A stretch of DNA of 64,000 nucleotides from an uncultured Methylomirabilota bacterium (GTDB lineage Bacteria > Methylomirabilota > Methylomirabilia > Methylomirabilales > 2-02-FULL-66-22). Shown here in pieces: positions 19,744 through 28,838 of the stretch. Under the pieces are notes generated by a model. That model had not been told where the DNA came from, searched no databases, and was given only the letters and a program-made list of their open reading frames with translations. The position numbers were made by a program, and so were the translations under genes. The DNA is taken from positions 1,440,001 through 1,504,000 of the forward strand of contig OY970067.1 in assembly GCA_963705305.1 (NCBI GenBank), in the 5' to 3' direction. Positions within the stretch are counted from its first letter, which is position 1. Each line of letters begins with the position of its first letter.

Positions 19744-20718
19744 ATGCAGATCACGGGTATCATCGGCGGGGCGCGCAAGGTGGTGCGCGTCCTGGCGCGC
19801 GTCAAGGCGGGAGAGAAGGTCCTGATCGTCGCCGACTCCGAGACGGGCCTGGTCGCGGAGGCTCTGGCGACGGCCGCCCTGGATATCACCCCTGAGGTTG
19901 CCACCATCGTCATGACGCCGCGGGAGGTGGACGGCGACGAGCCCCCGGCCCTCGTGGCCGCGGCCATGCAGGCGGCCGACGCGGCCCTGCTTCCGGTGAG
20001 CTACTCGATCAGCCACTCGACCGCCACGCGCAAGGCCCTCGCGGCGGGGGCGCGGGTGCTGTCTCTGCCGGCCGTGACCCCCGACCAGCTGGTCCGGGGC
20101 GGCGCGGAGGCGGATTTCGAGGCTGCCTCTCCCACCGTCCGGAAGATGGGCGAGCTGCTCACGGCCGCCTCCAAAGCGCATCTAACGACCCCCGGGGGAA
20201 CCGACTGTCTCTTCGATCTCAGCGGGCGCAACGGCAACGCCCACGACTGCATCCTGGACCGGCCGGGCAAGTTCTCCGCATTCCCCAACATCGAAGCCAA
20301 TATCTCGCCGGTGGACGGCACGACGGAGGGGCAGATCGTCTTCGACGGCAGCATTCCCAATCTGCGAGTGGGCACGCTCCGCGCCCCCGTGATCTGCACC
20401 GTGAAGCGGGGCAACATCGTGAAGGTCGAGGGCGGCCACGAGGCGGACATGATCCGCAGAGTCTGGGCGGAGCTGGGGGACGCCGCCGTCTATAACATCG
20501 CCCAGCTGGCCATCGGCCTCAATCCGGCCATCCCCATGCTGACCGGGGTTTGGGCGCAGGACCATGGGGCGTTTGGCACCGTGCATATCGGCCTCGGGAC
20601 CAGCGCCAATCTGGGCGGGACGACCAAGGCCGCCTGTCACTTCGACGGCATGATGTACCGTCCCACTTTGACGCTGGACGGCCGGACGGTCCTGGAGGGC
20701 GGGGAACTGCGAGTCTGA
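19744..20718 (+). CDS. M29 aminopeptidase-like / NicX-like metalloprotein
   Basis: GEKVLIVAD, EPP, GTD, EGQIVFDGS, IGLNP, HIGLG, HFD; GGAGG RBS. Confidence 0.75.
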   Translation: MQITGIIGGARKVVRVLARVKAGEKVLIVADSETGLVAEALATAALDITPEVATIVMTPREVDGDEPPALVAAAMQAADAALLPVSYSISHSTATRKALAAGARVLSLPAVTPDQLVRGGAEADFEAASPTVRKMGELLTAASKAHLTTPGGTDCLFDLSGRNGNAHDCILDRPGKFSAFPNIEANISPVDGTTEGQIVFDGSIPNLRVGTLRAPVICTVKRGNIVKVEGGHEADMIRRVWAELGDAAVYNIAQLAIGLNPAIPMLTGVWAQDHGAFGTVHIGLGTSANLGGTTKAACHFDGMMYRPTLTLDGRTVLEGGELRV

Positions 20719-20838
20719 GGCTGAGAACGTCTCCCCACGATCACGGCCAGGAACAGGAGAGCGCATGCGGGAGAGCACGCTGAAGCGACTGCCGCATTCG
20801 GGCGGTACCGCCGTCGGCGCGATGGAGGGGAAGACCCC

Positions 20839-21534
20839 GTGATCACCGTTCGAGAATCGGAGCAACGCGGCACTTCCGCTCACGGCTGGCTGGATACCCA
20901 GCACACCTTCTCTTTCGACGAGTACCAGGACCCACGCTTCATGGACTTCCGGAGCCTGCGCGTCATCAACGAACATCGGGCGATGGGCGGGGCCGGCTTC
21001 CCCACTCAGATGCGGCAGAATGTGGAGATCCTCGGCTATGTCGTCTCCGGCAGCCTGCGCCACGCGGACAGCATGGGCCACACGAGCGTCCTGCAAGCGG
21101 GGGATGTCCAGCGCATCTCCGCCGGGACCGGTATTGCCCACAGCGAGGTCAACAACTCCGATACCGAGCCGGTGCATTTTCTGCAGATTTGGATCCAGCC
21201 CAGCCGCCTAGGAGCCCCTCCGCGCTACGACCAGCGGGCTTTCGCCGGGTGCCAGTCGGGCGGGCTGCACCTGGTGGCATCCCCGATGGGGCGGGCCGGC
21301 TCCCTTTCCATCCACCGCGACGCCGAGGTCTCCCTGGCGCGGCTGGCACGCGCGGACCGCCTCAGCATCCCCCTGGCGTCTGGTCGCCACGCCTGGCTGC
21401 AGGTGATCGAGGGGGAGCTGACCCTGAACGGCCGTCGCCTGCGCGCGGGGGACGGCGTGGCTGCCAGCCAGGAAGCCTCGCTGGAGCTCGCGGCCCGGAC
21501 GCCCGTCCACTTCCTCTTCTTTGATCTGGACTGA
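20839..21534 (+). CDS. Pirin family bicupin (YhhW/YhaK-like)
   Basis: GWLDTQHTFSF, LRVIN, HADSMG, SAGTGIAHSE, FLQIWI, GDG. Confidence 0.9.
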   Translation: MITVRESEQRGTSAHGWLDTQHTFSFDEYQDPRFMDFRSLRVINEHRAMGGAGFPTQMRQNVEILGYVVSGSLRHADSMGHTSVLQAGDVQRISAGTGIAHSEVNNSDTEPVHFLQIWIQPSRLGAPPRYDQRAFAGCQSGGLHLVASPMGRAGSLSIHRDAEVSLARLARADRLSIPLASGRHAWLQVIEGELTLNGRRLRAGDGVAASQEASLELAARTPVHFLFFDLD

Positions 21535-21589
21535 CGACCCGCATCCCCCCGCAGACCTTTCGCTATAGGACATCCCGCGGCCCACCGAC

Positions 21590-21618
21590 TTGACCGGACC
21601 GGGGTCAAATGGTACAAG
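21590..21618 (+). promoter_or_regulatory. Sigma70-type promoter with palindrome over -35
   Basis: TTGACC-17 nt-TACAAG with extended TG; TTGACC-N7-GGTCAA inverted repeat at 21590-21608. Confidence 0.5.
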
Positions 21619-21687
21619 CGTGGTGACCGCGGCGTGAAGCTGGATTCGGCGATGGAGGACCGAGGGCGGACAGGAGAAACCGGGCTG

Positions 21688-21747
21688 ATGCGGCTGCGAG
21701 GCCGGACGGCATTGATCGCGGGGGCGAGGCGGGGGATCGGGCGCGCC
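21688..21747 (+). pseudogene. Short-chain dehydrogenase (SDR) N-terminal stub
   Basis: AGGAG RBS then MRLRGRTALIAGARRGIGRA (GxxxGIG); similarity stops abruptly. Confidence 0.65.
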
Positions 21748-21770
21748 TCGCCGCCGAAAGGAGTGCGGGC

Positions 21771-22133
21771 ATGGGAGTCATCCACAGGAAGCTGGTGGGA
21801 CGGTATGAGTGGGAAGGAGTGGAGACCGTCAGCTATGACAAGCCCACGGTGAAGGGGGTGTCCAAGCGGGTCCTAATCGGCCCCAAGGATGGGGCGCAGG
21901 GCTTTTACATGCGCTACTTCGAGGTGCAGCCCGGCGGCAATTCCGCCTTCGAGCATCATCCGGAAGTCCACGAGGTGTTCGTCGTCCGCGGCCGGGGGCA
22001 GGTGCTGCTGGGGAAGGAGTACCACGACATCGCCCAGGGGGATGTGGTCTATATCGAGCCGAACGAACAGCACGAGCTTCGCGCCGCCCCGGACGAGACA
22101 CTGGGCTTCATCTGCGTGGCCGTGAAGCCGTGA
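21771..22133 (+). CDS. Cupin domain protein
   Basis: RVLIGPKDGA, MRYFEVQPGG, EHHPEVHEVFV, GDVVYIEPNEQH. Confidence 0.88.
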   Translation: MGVIHRKLVGRYEWEGVETVSYDKPTVKGVSKRVLIGPKDGAQGFYMRYFEVQPGGNSAFEHHPEVHEVFVVRGRGQVLLGKEYHDIAQGDVVYIEPNEQHELRAAPDETLGFICVAVKP

Positions 22134-22242
22134 AGGCCGGCCCATGCCGCCGGCGCCGGGAGGGGAAACCTTTCGCGGACGTCCCACCGCAGGGAGGCGA
22201 CCGGGACCTGGCGGACAGCCAGCGGGCGGAGTCGTGGCAGCC

Positions 22243-23115
22243 ATGACCGAGTGCGACATCTTAATGGTCGGGCATTTCGCCAAGGACCGTCTGGTGGTGG
22301 ACGGGGTCGGAGAGAACACCTCAGGGGGGGCGGTCTACTATGGCAGTATCGCCCTGCGCCGGCTGGGGATCCGCGTGGCGATCGTCACGCGATTGCACCG
22401 CGAGGATTTTCCTCGCCTGGAAGAGCTCTCGCGTGAAGGGGTGGAGGTGTTCGCGACGCGCGCCCCGGCCACGACGGGCATCGAGAACATCTACACCTCC
22501 ACCGACATGGAGCGGCGCATCTGCAGGCCGCTTGCCTTCGCCGGCCCGATCCGGCCCGAGGACGTCCCCAACGTCCGGGCCCGGGTCTGTCTTCTGGTGC
22601 CCATCGTCGCCGGCGAAGTGGACTTGCCGCTTCTCAAGCGCATGGCGTCACAGGGGCCGGTGGGGCTGGACGTGCAGGGGTTCGTCCGCGTACCCGAAGG
22701 AGACGCCCTGGTGTTCCGGCCGTGGCCGGAGATGGCCGAGGTCCTCCGCGACGTCACGTACCTGAAGGTGGACAAGGCCGAGGCGGAGCTGCTCACCGGC
22801 GAGACGGATCTTCCAACCGCGGCCAGGGCCCTGTCGGCCTACGGGCCCAAGGAGATCGTTCTCACCCAGTCCTCCGGCGTGACGGTCTACGCGGAGGGCA
22901 GATTGTACCAGGCGCCCTTCACCCCCCGCAGGCTGGCGGGCCGCACCGGCCGGGGCGACACCTGCTTTGCCACGTACGTGGGGAAGCGGCTCGCGGCATC
23001 CCCCCCGGACGCCTGCCGTTGGGCGGGCGCCGTCACCACCCTCAAGCAGGAGCAGCCCGGGCCCTGGCGGGGGAATCAGGCCGACGTCGAGGCCCTGTTG
23101 CGAGAGCGATCCTGA
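22243..23115 (+). CDS. PfkB-family carbohydrate kinase-like protein
   Basis: GHFAKD, GGAVYY, LDVQG, LKVDKAEA, TGRGDT. Confidence 0.82.
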   Translation: MTECDILMVGHFAKDRLVVDGVGENTSGGAVYYGSIALRRLGIRVAIVTRLHREDFPRLEELSREGVEVFATRAPATTGIENIYTSTDMERRICRPLAFAGPIRPEDVPNVRARVCLLVPIVAGEVDLPLLKRMASQGPVGLDVQGFVRVPEGDALVFRPWPEMAEVLRDVTYLKVDKAEAELLTGETDLPTAARALSAYGPKEIVLTQSSGVTVYAEGRLYQAPFTPRRLAGRTGRGDTCFATYVGKRLAASPPDACRWAGAVTTLKQEQPGPWRGNQADVEALLRERS

Positions 23116-23167
23116 TACCGCGAGCGGATCACGCTGCGCCGCTCGCCTTGCGATCGAGGGAAACATC

Positions 23168-24334
23168 GTGCCATCCGAACTGCTCCAGCGCGTGAGCGCC
23201 GACCGCCTTCAACAACTGACCCTGGAGCTGGCGCGCATCCGGTCCTACACGGGCGATACCCGCGAGATGGCCGAGCGGTACGCAGGCTGCTTCACGAATG
23301 CGGGCTTGGAAGTTGAGATTTTCCGGGATCTTCCCAATTCCCCGTGCGTGGTGGCGCGCCTGCGGGGCGCCGGCCGCGGGCCGACGCTGGAATTCAACGG
23401 CCATCTGGATACGGTCCCCGTGGAGCACATGGAGCCCTTCGTGGCCGGGGGGCGCATTTACGGCCGGGGCGTGGCCGACATGAAGGGCGGCCTGGCGGCC
23501 ATGGCCGAGGCCGCGTGGGTGCTGGCAGGGTCCCGCGCCCGCCTGAGCGGCGACCTGCTGTTCGTGGCCCACGGACTGCACGAGGCGCCGGGGGGCCGCG
23601 GGCAAGACCTCCTGGATTTGGTGCGCCGTGGGGTCAAGGGGGATGCCGTCGTGATCGCCGAGATCGCCTCGGACACGCTGCCGATCATCGGCATGGGACA
23701 GGCCCTCTTCGAGGTGTCGATCAGCCGCCCGGGGGAGGCCAGCCACGAACTGCTGACCCCCGCGGGAACGCCCCATCCCATCCTGGCCGCCGTCGAGATG
23801 GTGAATCTGATGCAGGCGAGGCAGGCGGAGCTGTCGCGGGAAAGCATCCCCTACGTGGGCTCCGAATCCTTCTTCATTGGGATCCTCCAGGGCGGGGATT
23901 TCTATAACCGCTGGACCACGTCCTGCCGGCTGACGGGCACGCGTCGCTACGGCCCGGATTCGAGCTACGCGCGGGTGGAGGCGGAGCTGAACGAGATGGC
24001 CAAGCGCGTGGAAACCGAGACCGGGGCGCGGGTGGAGGTCACGCTCGCCCCCGTGCGGGACGGCTTCCGCCTGACGGAGAGTGAGCCGCTGGTCGTCACG
24101 CTGAGGCAGGCCTACCAGGACGTCACCGGACGCGAGCTGCCGCTGTCGGGTTTGCGAATGGTCGGGGACGCTGCCATCTTCATGAACGAGGGAAGAATCT
24201 CGGCCGTCTATCACGGGCCCGGCGGCCAGGGCTCCCACGGGGACCTGGAGTCGGTGGCCGTGGCCGATCTGGTCCGTGCGGCGCAGGTCTACGTGCTGAC
24301 CGCCCTCCGGTATGCCGCCCGCCCGCCCCGCTGA
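23168..24334 (+). CDS. M20/ArgE/DapE-family metallohydrolase
   Basis: FNGHLDTV, GRGVADMKGG, IAE, GPG..SH..E; GTG start after GAGGG. Confidence 0.85.
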   Translation: MPSELLQRVSADRLQQLTLELARIRSYTGDTREMAERYAGCFTNAGLEVEIFRDLPNSPCVVARLRGAGRGPTLEFNGHLDTVPVEHMEPFVAGGRIYGRGVADMKGGLAAMAEAAWVLAGSRARLSGDLLFVAHGLHEAPGGRGQDLLDLVRRGVKGDAVVIAEIASDTLPIIGMGQALFEVSISRPGEASHELLTPAGTPHPILAAVEMVNLMQARQAELSRESIPYVGSESFFIGILQGGDFYNRWTTSCRLTGTRRYGPDSSYARVEAELNEMAKRVETETGARVEVTLAPVRDGFRLTESEPLVVTLRQAYQDVTGRELPLSGLRMVGDAAIFMNEGRISAVYHGPGGQGSHGDLESVAVADLVRAAQVYVLTALRYAARPPR

Positions 24335-24406
24335 ATCCGGCCCCATCCGCCCGATCGGCCGTCGCCGGAGGCGGGCGGGCGCCTCACCGCGCGGAGGAGG
24401 CTGTCC

Positions 24407-25594
24407 ATGACCGCAGCCCTTGCCTTCGAGCGCGACCCGTACACGCGCTGCCTGGACACGGAGGTGCTTCGGGACGGCGACGAGAAGGGCCGCCCCTTTG
24501 TCGTGTTGGCGGACACCCCCTTCTATCCCGAGGGGGGCGGGCAGCCGGGCGATCGTGGCCGCGTCGACCAGGTGGCGGTCGAGGATGTCCGTGCGGTGCA
24601 GGGGGAGATCCGGCACTACCTGGGCGGGCCGCCTCCGCGCGGGCGCGTCCGGGCGGCGCTGGACTGGGACCGACGCTTCGATCACATGCAGCAGCATACG
24701 GGGCAGCACCTGCTCACCGCCGTGGCCCAGGAACGCTTCGGCTGGCCGACGACGGCGTTCCATCTGGGAGTTCAGGTGTGCGACGTCGAGCTGGACGTCC
24801 CGGCCTTGACCGCGGATCGGCTGGCAGCGCTGGAGGAGGCGGTGGCGGCCGAGATCCGGGCGGCCCGTCCCGTGACCGCGCGGCGCGTGGGCCGGGAAGA
24901 GTATGCGGCGCTGCCGGTGCGGACGCGAGGCCTCCCCGAGGGGCACACGGGGGACATTCGCCTGGTGGAGATCTCCGGCCTCGACCTCAATACCTGCGGC
25001 GGCACGCACGTCCGCTCGACGGCCGAGATCGAAGCGCTGAAGCTGCTCGGCACCGAGTCCCTGCGGGGCGGGACACGCCTCTTCTTCGTCGCCGGCGGCC
25101 GCCTGCGGCGCCTGATGGGACTGCATCACGCGCGGGCCGCCGAGCTGCGACAACTCCTCGGCGCGCCCGATGACGAGCTGGCGGCGGCGGTCTCGGCCAG
25201 GCTGGATCAACTCAGGGCGGCCCAGCATCTCGTGCGGGACCTGGAGGAGGAGTTGGCCGTCGAGACGGCGCGCGTCCTAGCCGCAGGCTCCGCGGGGGTG
25301 GTCGCCGCCCACTGGCCGGCACGGGATCTCCCGTTCCTCCAGCGGGCCGCCAAGGAGTTCGCGCGTCTGGCCCCGGACCGACTGGCGCTGCTCACGGCGG
25401 GCGAGGGGGAGCAGGGGGCGTTTGTCCTGTGTGCCGGCGAGCGCGCAAAGGTGGATCTGCCCGCGGCCGGCCGGATGGTGGCCGAGGTGCTGGCCGGCCG
25501 CGGCGGCGGCTCCGGCCGCATCTTCCAGGGAAAGGCCTCGACCCTGTCGCGCCGCGCGGCGGCCCTGGAGCAGCTCCGGTCTTTTCTCTCCTAG
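24407..25594 (+). CDS. AlaX-L type alanyl-tRNA editing protein with DHHA1 domain
   Basis: TPFYPEGGGQPGDRG, MQQHTGQHLL, CGGTH, GRGGG. Confidence 0.9.
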   Translation: MTAALAFERDPYTRCLDTEVLRDGDEKGRPFVVLADTPFYPEGGGQPGDRGRVDQVAVEDVRAVQGEIRHYLGGPPPRGRVRAALDWDRRFDHMQQHTGQHLLTAVAQERFGWPTTAFHLGVQVCDVELDVPALTADRLAALEEAVAAEIRAARPVTARRVGREEYAALPVRTRGLPEGHTGDIRLVEISGLDLNTCGGTHVRSTAEIEALKLLGTESLRGGTRLFFVAGGRLRRLMGLHHARAAELRQLLGAPDDELAAAVSARLDQLRAAQHLVRDLEEELAVETARVLAAGSAGVVAAHWPARDLPFLQRAAKEFARLAPDRLALLTAGEGEQGAFVLCAGERAKVDLPAAGRMVAEVLAGRGGGSGRIFQGKASTLSRRAAALEQLRSFLS

Positions 25595-25625
25595 ATCCGG
25601 ATCATGCGGCTCGATAGGACAAATA

Positions 25626-25655
25626 GGGGACGTTGCGACATTATTGACATTTCAT
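25626..25655 (+). repeat. Third copy of the transposase end (direct repeat of 26802-26831)
   Basis: GGGGACGTTGCGACATTATTGACATTTCAT vs GGGGACGTTGTGACATTATTGACATTTCAT, one mismatch. Confidence 0.92.
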
Positions 25656-25762
25656 ACTTCCCCGGAAGTTCTGTACCACGGACACCCGCAGGATGTTCCC
25701 GAACTGATCGGCCACCCACCCCGCGCGCAGGGACGCACGATGCATCCATGGCCGCGGGCCGC

Positions 25763-26794
25763 TTACGACACGCCCGCTCTGGCCGGGCGATGCGGGCGCT
25801 GGGCGAAGATGGGCACCTTGCGGATGAAACTGTAATCGGCCGCCTGCCGGTGGATGCGCTCGATCTCCGTCAGGGAGAGGTGCCCGCGGAGCAGCTCGTT
25901 CTCATGGGTTTGGTCGGTCTGGCTCACCGTGGTGTTGTCGGTGCAAACAGCTACGGGGATGCCGTGCTCCAGGAAGGTGTGGATGGGGTGCGGCATCCCC
26001 CGCGGGACTGCGCCGGTCTGGTAGTTGGAAGTTAGGCAACACTCCACCAGGATGCGGTCCCGTGCCAGGCGCCTGAGCAGTGCGCGATCCCGCACCGCCG
26101 AACAGCCGTGGCCGATGCGGCTGACTCCCAAGAGATCGATGGACTCCCAGATCCGCTCGGGCCCCTCGTCCTCGCCTGCATGCGCGGTCAGCCCCAAGCT
26201 GCCGCGACGGGCGATGTCGTAGGCTTCGCGGAAGAGGCGGGGCGGATTCCCGCGCTCGGCACCCGCCAGGTCGAAGCCGACCACCCCGGAGCGTTCGTGG
26301 AGATGCTGGGCCTCGGCCAGCGCCTGGCGGGCGATGACCTTGGCGATGTGCGGCCCGTGCTGGCGCATGGAGATGATGATGAGGCCTACCTCCAAGTCGG
26401 GATGTCGCCGCACGGCGGCGTTCATCCCCGAGAGCACCGCCCGGATGGCCTGGCGCGGGGTGAGGCCCGCGTACGTGTGGATGGCGGGCGAGTAGCGCAG
26501 CTCCAGCGTCCGCACGCCGTGGCCATAGGCCTCCTCCACGATGGAGCGCGTCACCGGCGCGATGTTCTCGTAGAATTGGGTGATCCACAGCGGGTAGTGG
26601 AACTTGTCGAGGTAGGCCAGGAGAGAGCCCTCCTCCTCCTTCTGGAGCTGGAGGAGACGCGTCATCTGCCGGGCGGTGGAGACCGGGCTGAGGCCGTGCC
26701 GCTGCATCAGCCGCCAGACCACGCGGGGCGGGATGGACCCGTCGACATGTTGGTGCAGCTCGACCTTCCGGATCCGCCCGAGCGTCTTCGCCAT
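25763..26794 (-). CDS. add: Adenosine/adenine deaminase family protein
   Basis: KVELHQHVDGS, ELRYSP, GFDLAGAE, HAGE, RIGHG, TSN, TDN. Confidence 0.85.
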   Translation of the reverse strand: MAKTLGRIRKVELHQHVDGSIPPRVVWRLMQRHGLSPVSTARQMTRLLQLQKEEEGSLLAYLDKFHYPLWITQFYENIAPVTRSIVEEAYGHGVRTLELRYSPAIHTYAGLTPRQAIRAVLSGMNAAVRRHPDLEVGLIIISMRQHGPHIAKVIARQALAEAQHLHERSGVVGFDLAGAERGNPPRLFREAYDIARRGSLGLTAHAGEDEGPERIWESIDLLGVSRIGHGCSAVRDRALLRRLARDRILVECCLTSNYQTGAVPRGMPHPIHTFLEHGIPVAVCTDNTTVSQTDQTHENELLRGHLSLTEIERIHRQAADYSFIRKVPIFAQRPHRPARAGVS

Positions 26795-26801
26795 CAGCAA
26801 A

Positions 26802-27877
26802 GGGGACGTTGTGACATTATTGACATTTCATCCATCGAGCAGCGCCGTCCACTCGTCCGCCCGCTCGCGACCTCGCCGGGCCGCCCTGTAGACCGATTCG
26901 GGTCTGAGGCTGAGCGCACGGGCAAGCTCCGACCCGCTTCGCCCCAACGCCTCTACCCACAGGTACGCGAGTCCGTCGCGAACCGGCGCAATCACCCGGC
27001 TTCGGCTGCCGGCGAGCAGGGCCTCGGGCAGAAGGCGCTTGGCCGCGGCGATTCGTTTGAGCAGCGTCGCCAGGTCGGGCACCTTCTGACGAATGGCCCT
27101 GCGGCGGGCCTCCTGCTGTTCGACCTCATGTCGGAGCGTCTCCACGAAGACACTGCCTCCGAGGATCCGTTCGTCGGAAGCATATGCCTCGCGACCGTGG
27201 CGCAAGCTCGCAACGGCCACCCACCCACCCTGGCTCCGAAGCAGTCCACCCCCCTGAAGTTCCGGCCACCGACCGAGGGCGATCCCGCCCGCAACGAATA
27301 CCCGGTAGCGGTGGCGCGCGGTGCGGGGATCGGCCGCAAACCGACCCAGCACATCAGACACCTCCTGCCATGGCCGGACCGAATGGCCAAGAAGAGTGCT
27401 ATGTCCTGTCCATGGATATCGGTCGAGCGCGCGAAGGTCCGGCACCTCTCCGCCCCGGAGCGGGTTGAGGTGAATGTAGCGGACCAACTCGAGTAGGTAG
27501 GGTTCCTCTTCGACAACAATGGACCTGTACCGGTTCTGAAAAAGGTGACCGGTCCGCTTGTGGTGCCGGTTGAACGCGCCAGCGTAGCCCGTGAGCAGGG
27601 AACGCATGCTCCGGGCGAGGGGGCGGATACCTGTGCGCAGCAAGAGGTGGCAGTGGGTTCGTAGGAGAGCCCAGGCGTAAGCGGTGAGTGCGCCGGACTC
27701 GGCGAGGGCGCCCAAGCGCCACACGAAATCTTCTCGATCCCGATCGGACCGGAAGATCGCTTGCCGATTCAACCCTCGCACCATCACGTGGTGGAGGACC
27801 CCCGGACTGTCAAGACGCGGTCCGCGAGGCATGGCAAGGCAAGAGTAGCATAAAGTCAATAATGTCGCAACGTCCCC
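26802..27877 (-). mobile_element. HUH (Y1) transposase element bounded by 23-bp inverted repeats
   Basis: GGGGACGTTGTGACATTATTGAC (26802-26824) and GTCAATAATGTCGCAACGTCCCC (27855-27877), 22/23 match; no target duplication visible. Confidence 0.85.
26828..27832 (-). CDS. REP-associated-type tyrosine transposase (Y1_Tnp/RAYT) with C-terminal helical extension
   Basis: MPRGPR, HHVMVRG, HCH (HUH), GHLFQNRYRS, YIHLNP, YPWTGH. Confidence 0.92.
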   Translation of the reverse strand: MPRGPRLDSPGVLHHVMVRGLNRQAIFRSDRDREDFVWRLGALAESGALTAYAWALLRTHCHLLLRTGIRPLARSMRSLLTGYAGAFNRHHKRTGHLFQNRYRSIVVEEEPYLLELVRYIHLNPLRGGEVPDLRALDRYPWTGHSTLLGHSVRPWQEVSDVLGRFAADPRTARHRYRVFVAGGIALGRWPELQGGGLLRSQGGWVAVASLRHGREAYASDERILGGSVFVETLRHEVEQQEARRRAIRQKVPDLATLLKRIAAAKRLLPEALLAGSRSRVIAPVRDGLAYLWVEALGRSGSELARALSLRPESVYRAARRGRERADEWTALLDG

Positions 27878-28000
27878 TAAGATGGGGGAAGGGGAAGCGC
27901 GGGCGAACCGGTGGCCGGAGTTATGGGGATCAGACGCCGGACGGGCGGCGGACTGCGATGGGGGGCCCGAATCGGATCGGACGTTGGGGGCAGCGGCGGA

Positions 28001-28576
28001 TCAAGACGGCTCTCCCTCGGCGTCCAGGATCTCCCCGAGGCGGGCCTGGAGCTCCTCGACCCGGCTCCGGACCGGGGCGGGGGTGCCGGCCTCGCCGCAC
28101 AGCGCTTTCAACTCGTCCAGCGCCGGACGCAAGGTCTCCCGGAGCAGCCGGTCGGCCCGGTTGGAGGCCGCATACCGCACGGCGAGTTCGTTGAGGACGG
28201 GCACCAGCTGCGTGAAATTGTCACCCCGACGGAGATGAACGAGTCCGGGATCTTCGCCGGCGAGCAGGGACCTGAGGGCCTGCTCAACGCGATAGATCGG
28301 GCCGGCTATGCGGTGGGACTCGAAGACGGCCATAGCTCCCACCCACGCGAGAATGATCAGGATTCCGAGCAGGACCCGCACAGACGGCATCGGAATTCCG
28401 ACGACGCTCACGCTCGGTGCGTCCAGGATGTCGGCGATGGCCTGGAGCTGGACGGGGTAGAAGATCAAGAACCAGAGGCCGAGAGCCAGGACGAGGGACA
28501 TGATCACCCGGGAGATGATGAAATGCTTCTGGAATGGCGAGACGATGATGAAGCGCCGCCGCCTGAATTCGGCCAT
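28001..28576 (-). CDS. Hypothetical membrane protein (2 TM + HAMP-like segment + coiled coil)
   Basis: RRRRFII, two TMs, SHRIAGPIYR...LRRGD; GGAGG RBS. Confidence 0.7.
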   Translation of the reverse strand: MAEFRRRRFIIVSPFQKHFIISRVIMSLVLALGLWFLIFYPVQLQAIADILDAPSVSVVGIPMPSVRVLLGILIILAWVGAMAVFESHRIAGPIYRVEQALRSLLAGEDPGLVHLRRGDNFTQLVPVLNELAVRYAASNRADRLLRETLRPALDELKALCGEAGTPAPVRSRVEELQARLGEILDAEGEPS

Positions 28577-28838
28577 CGCATTCCCCTCCTGCCCCTCCCG
28601 CAGGAACCGATTATACTCTCCCGGGCGCACGCCGAAAGCAGAATCCGATTCGAGCGGCGGCTGCGCTTCTCTCGATTCTATCGTGTCGCCCTCCGCGCGA
28701 TGCTCGTCCGAGGGGTCTGTTGCGCCCGCTTTCCATAACAAATCGGGGGCCTAGGCGGGAGAAGCGATGCCATGCGCACTGGGAGGTGGGTGCCGGCCGG
28801 CCTGACAGCGAGACGCGGCCGGTACCGAGCAGGATGGT

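Noticed and set aside
25621..27877. CRISPR array from the ~30-bp repeats
   Set aside because: Only three copies about 1.1 kb apart, one inverted; no spacer pattern or cas genes
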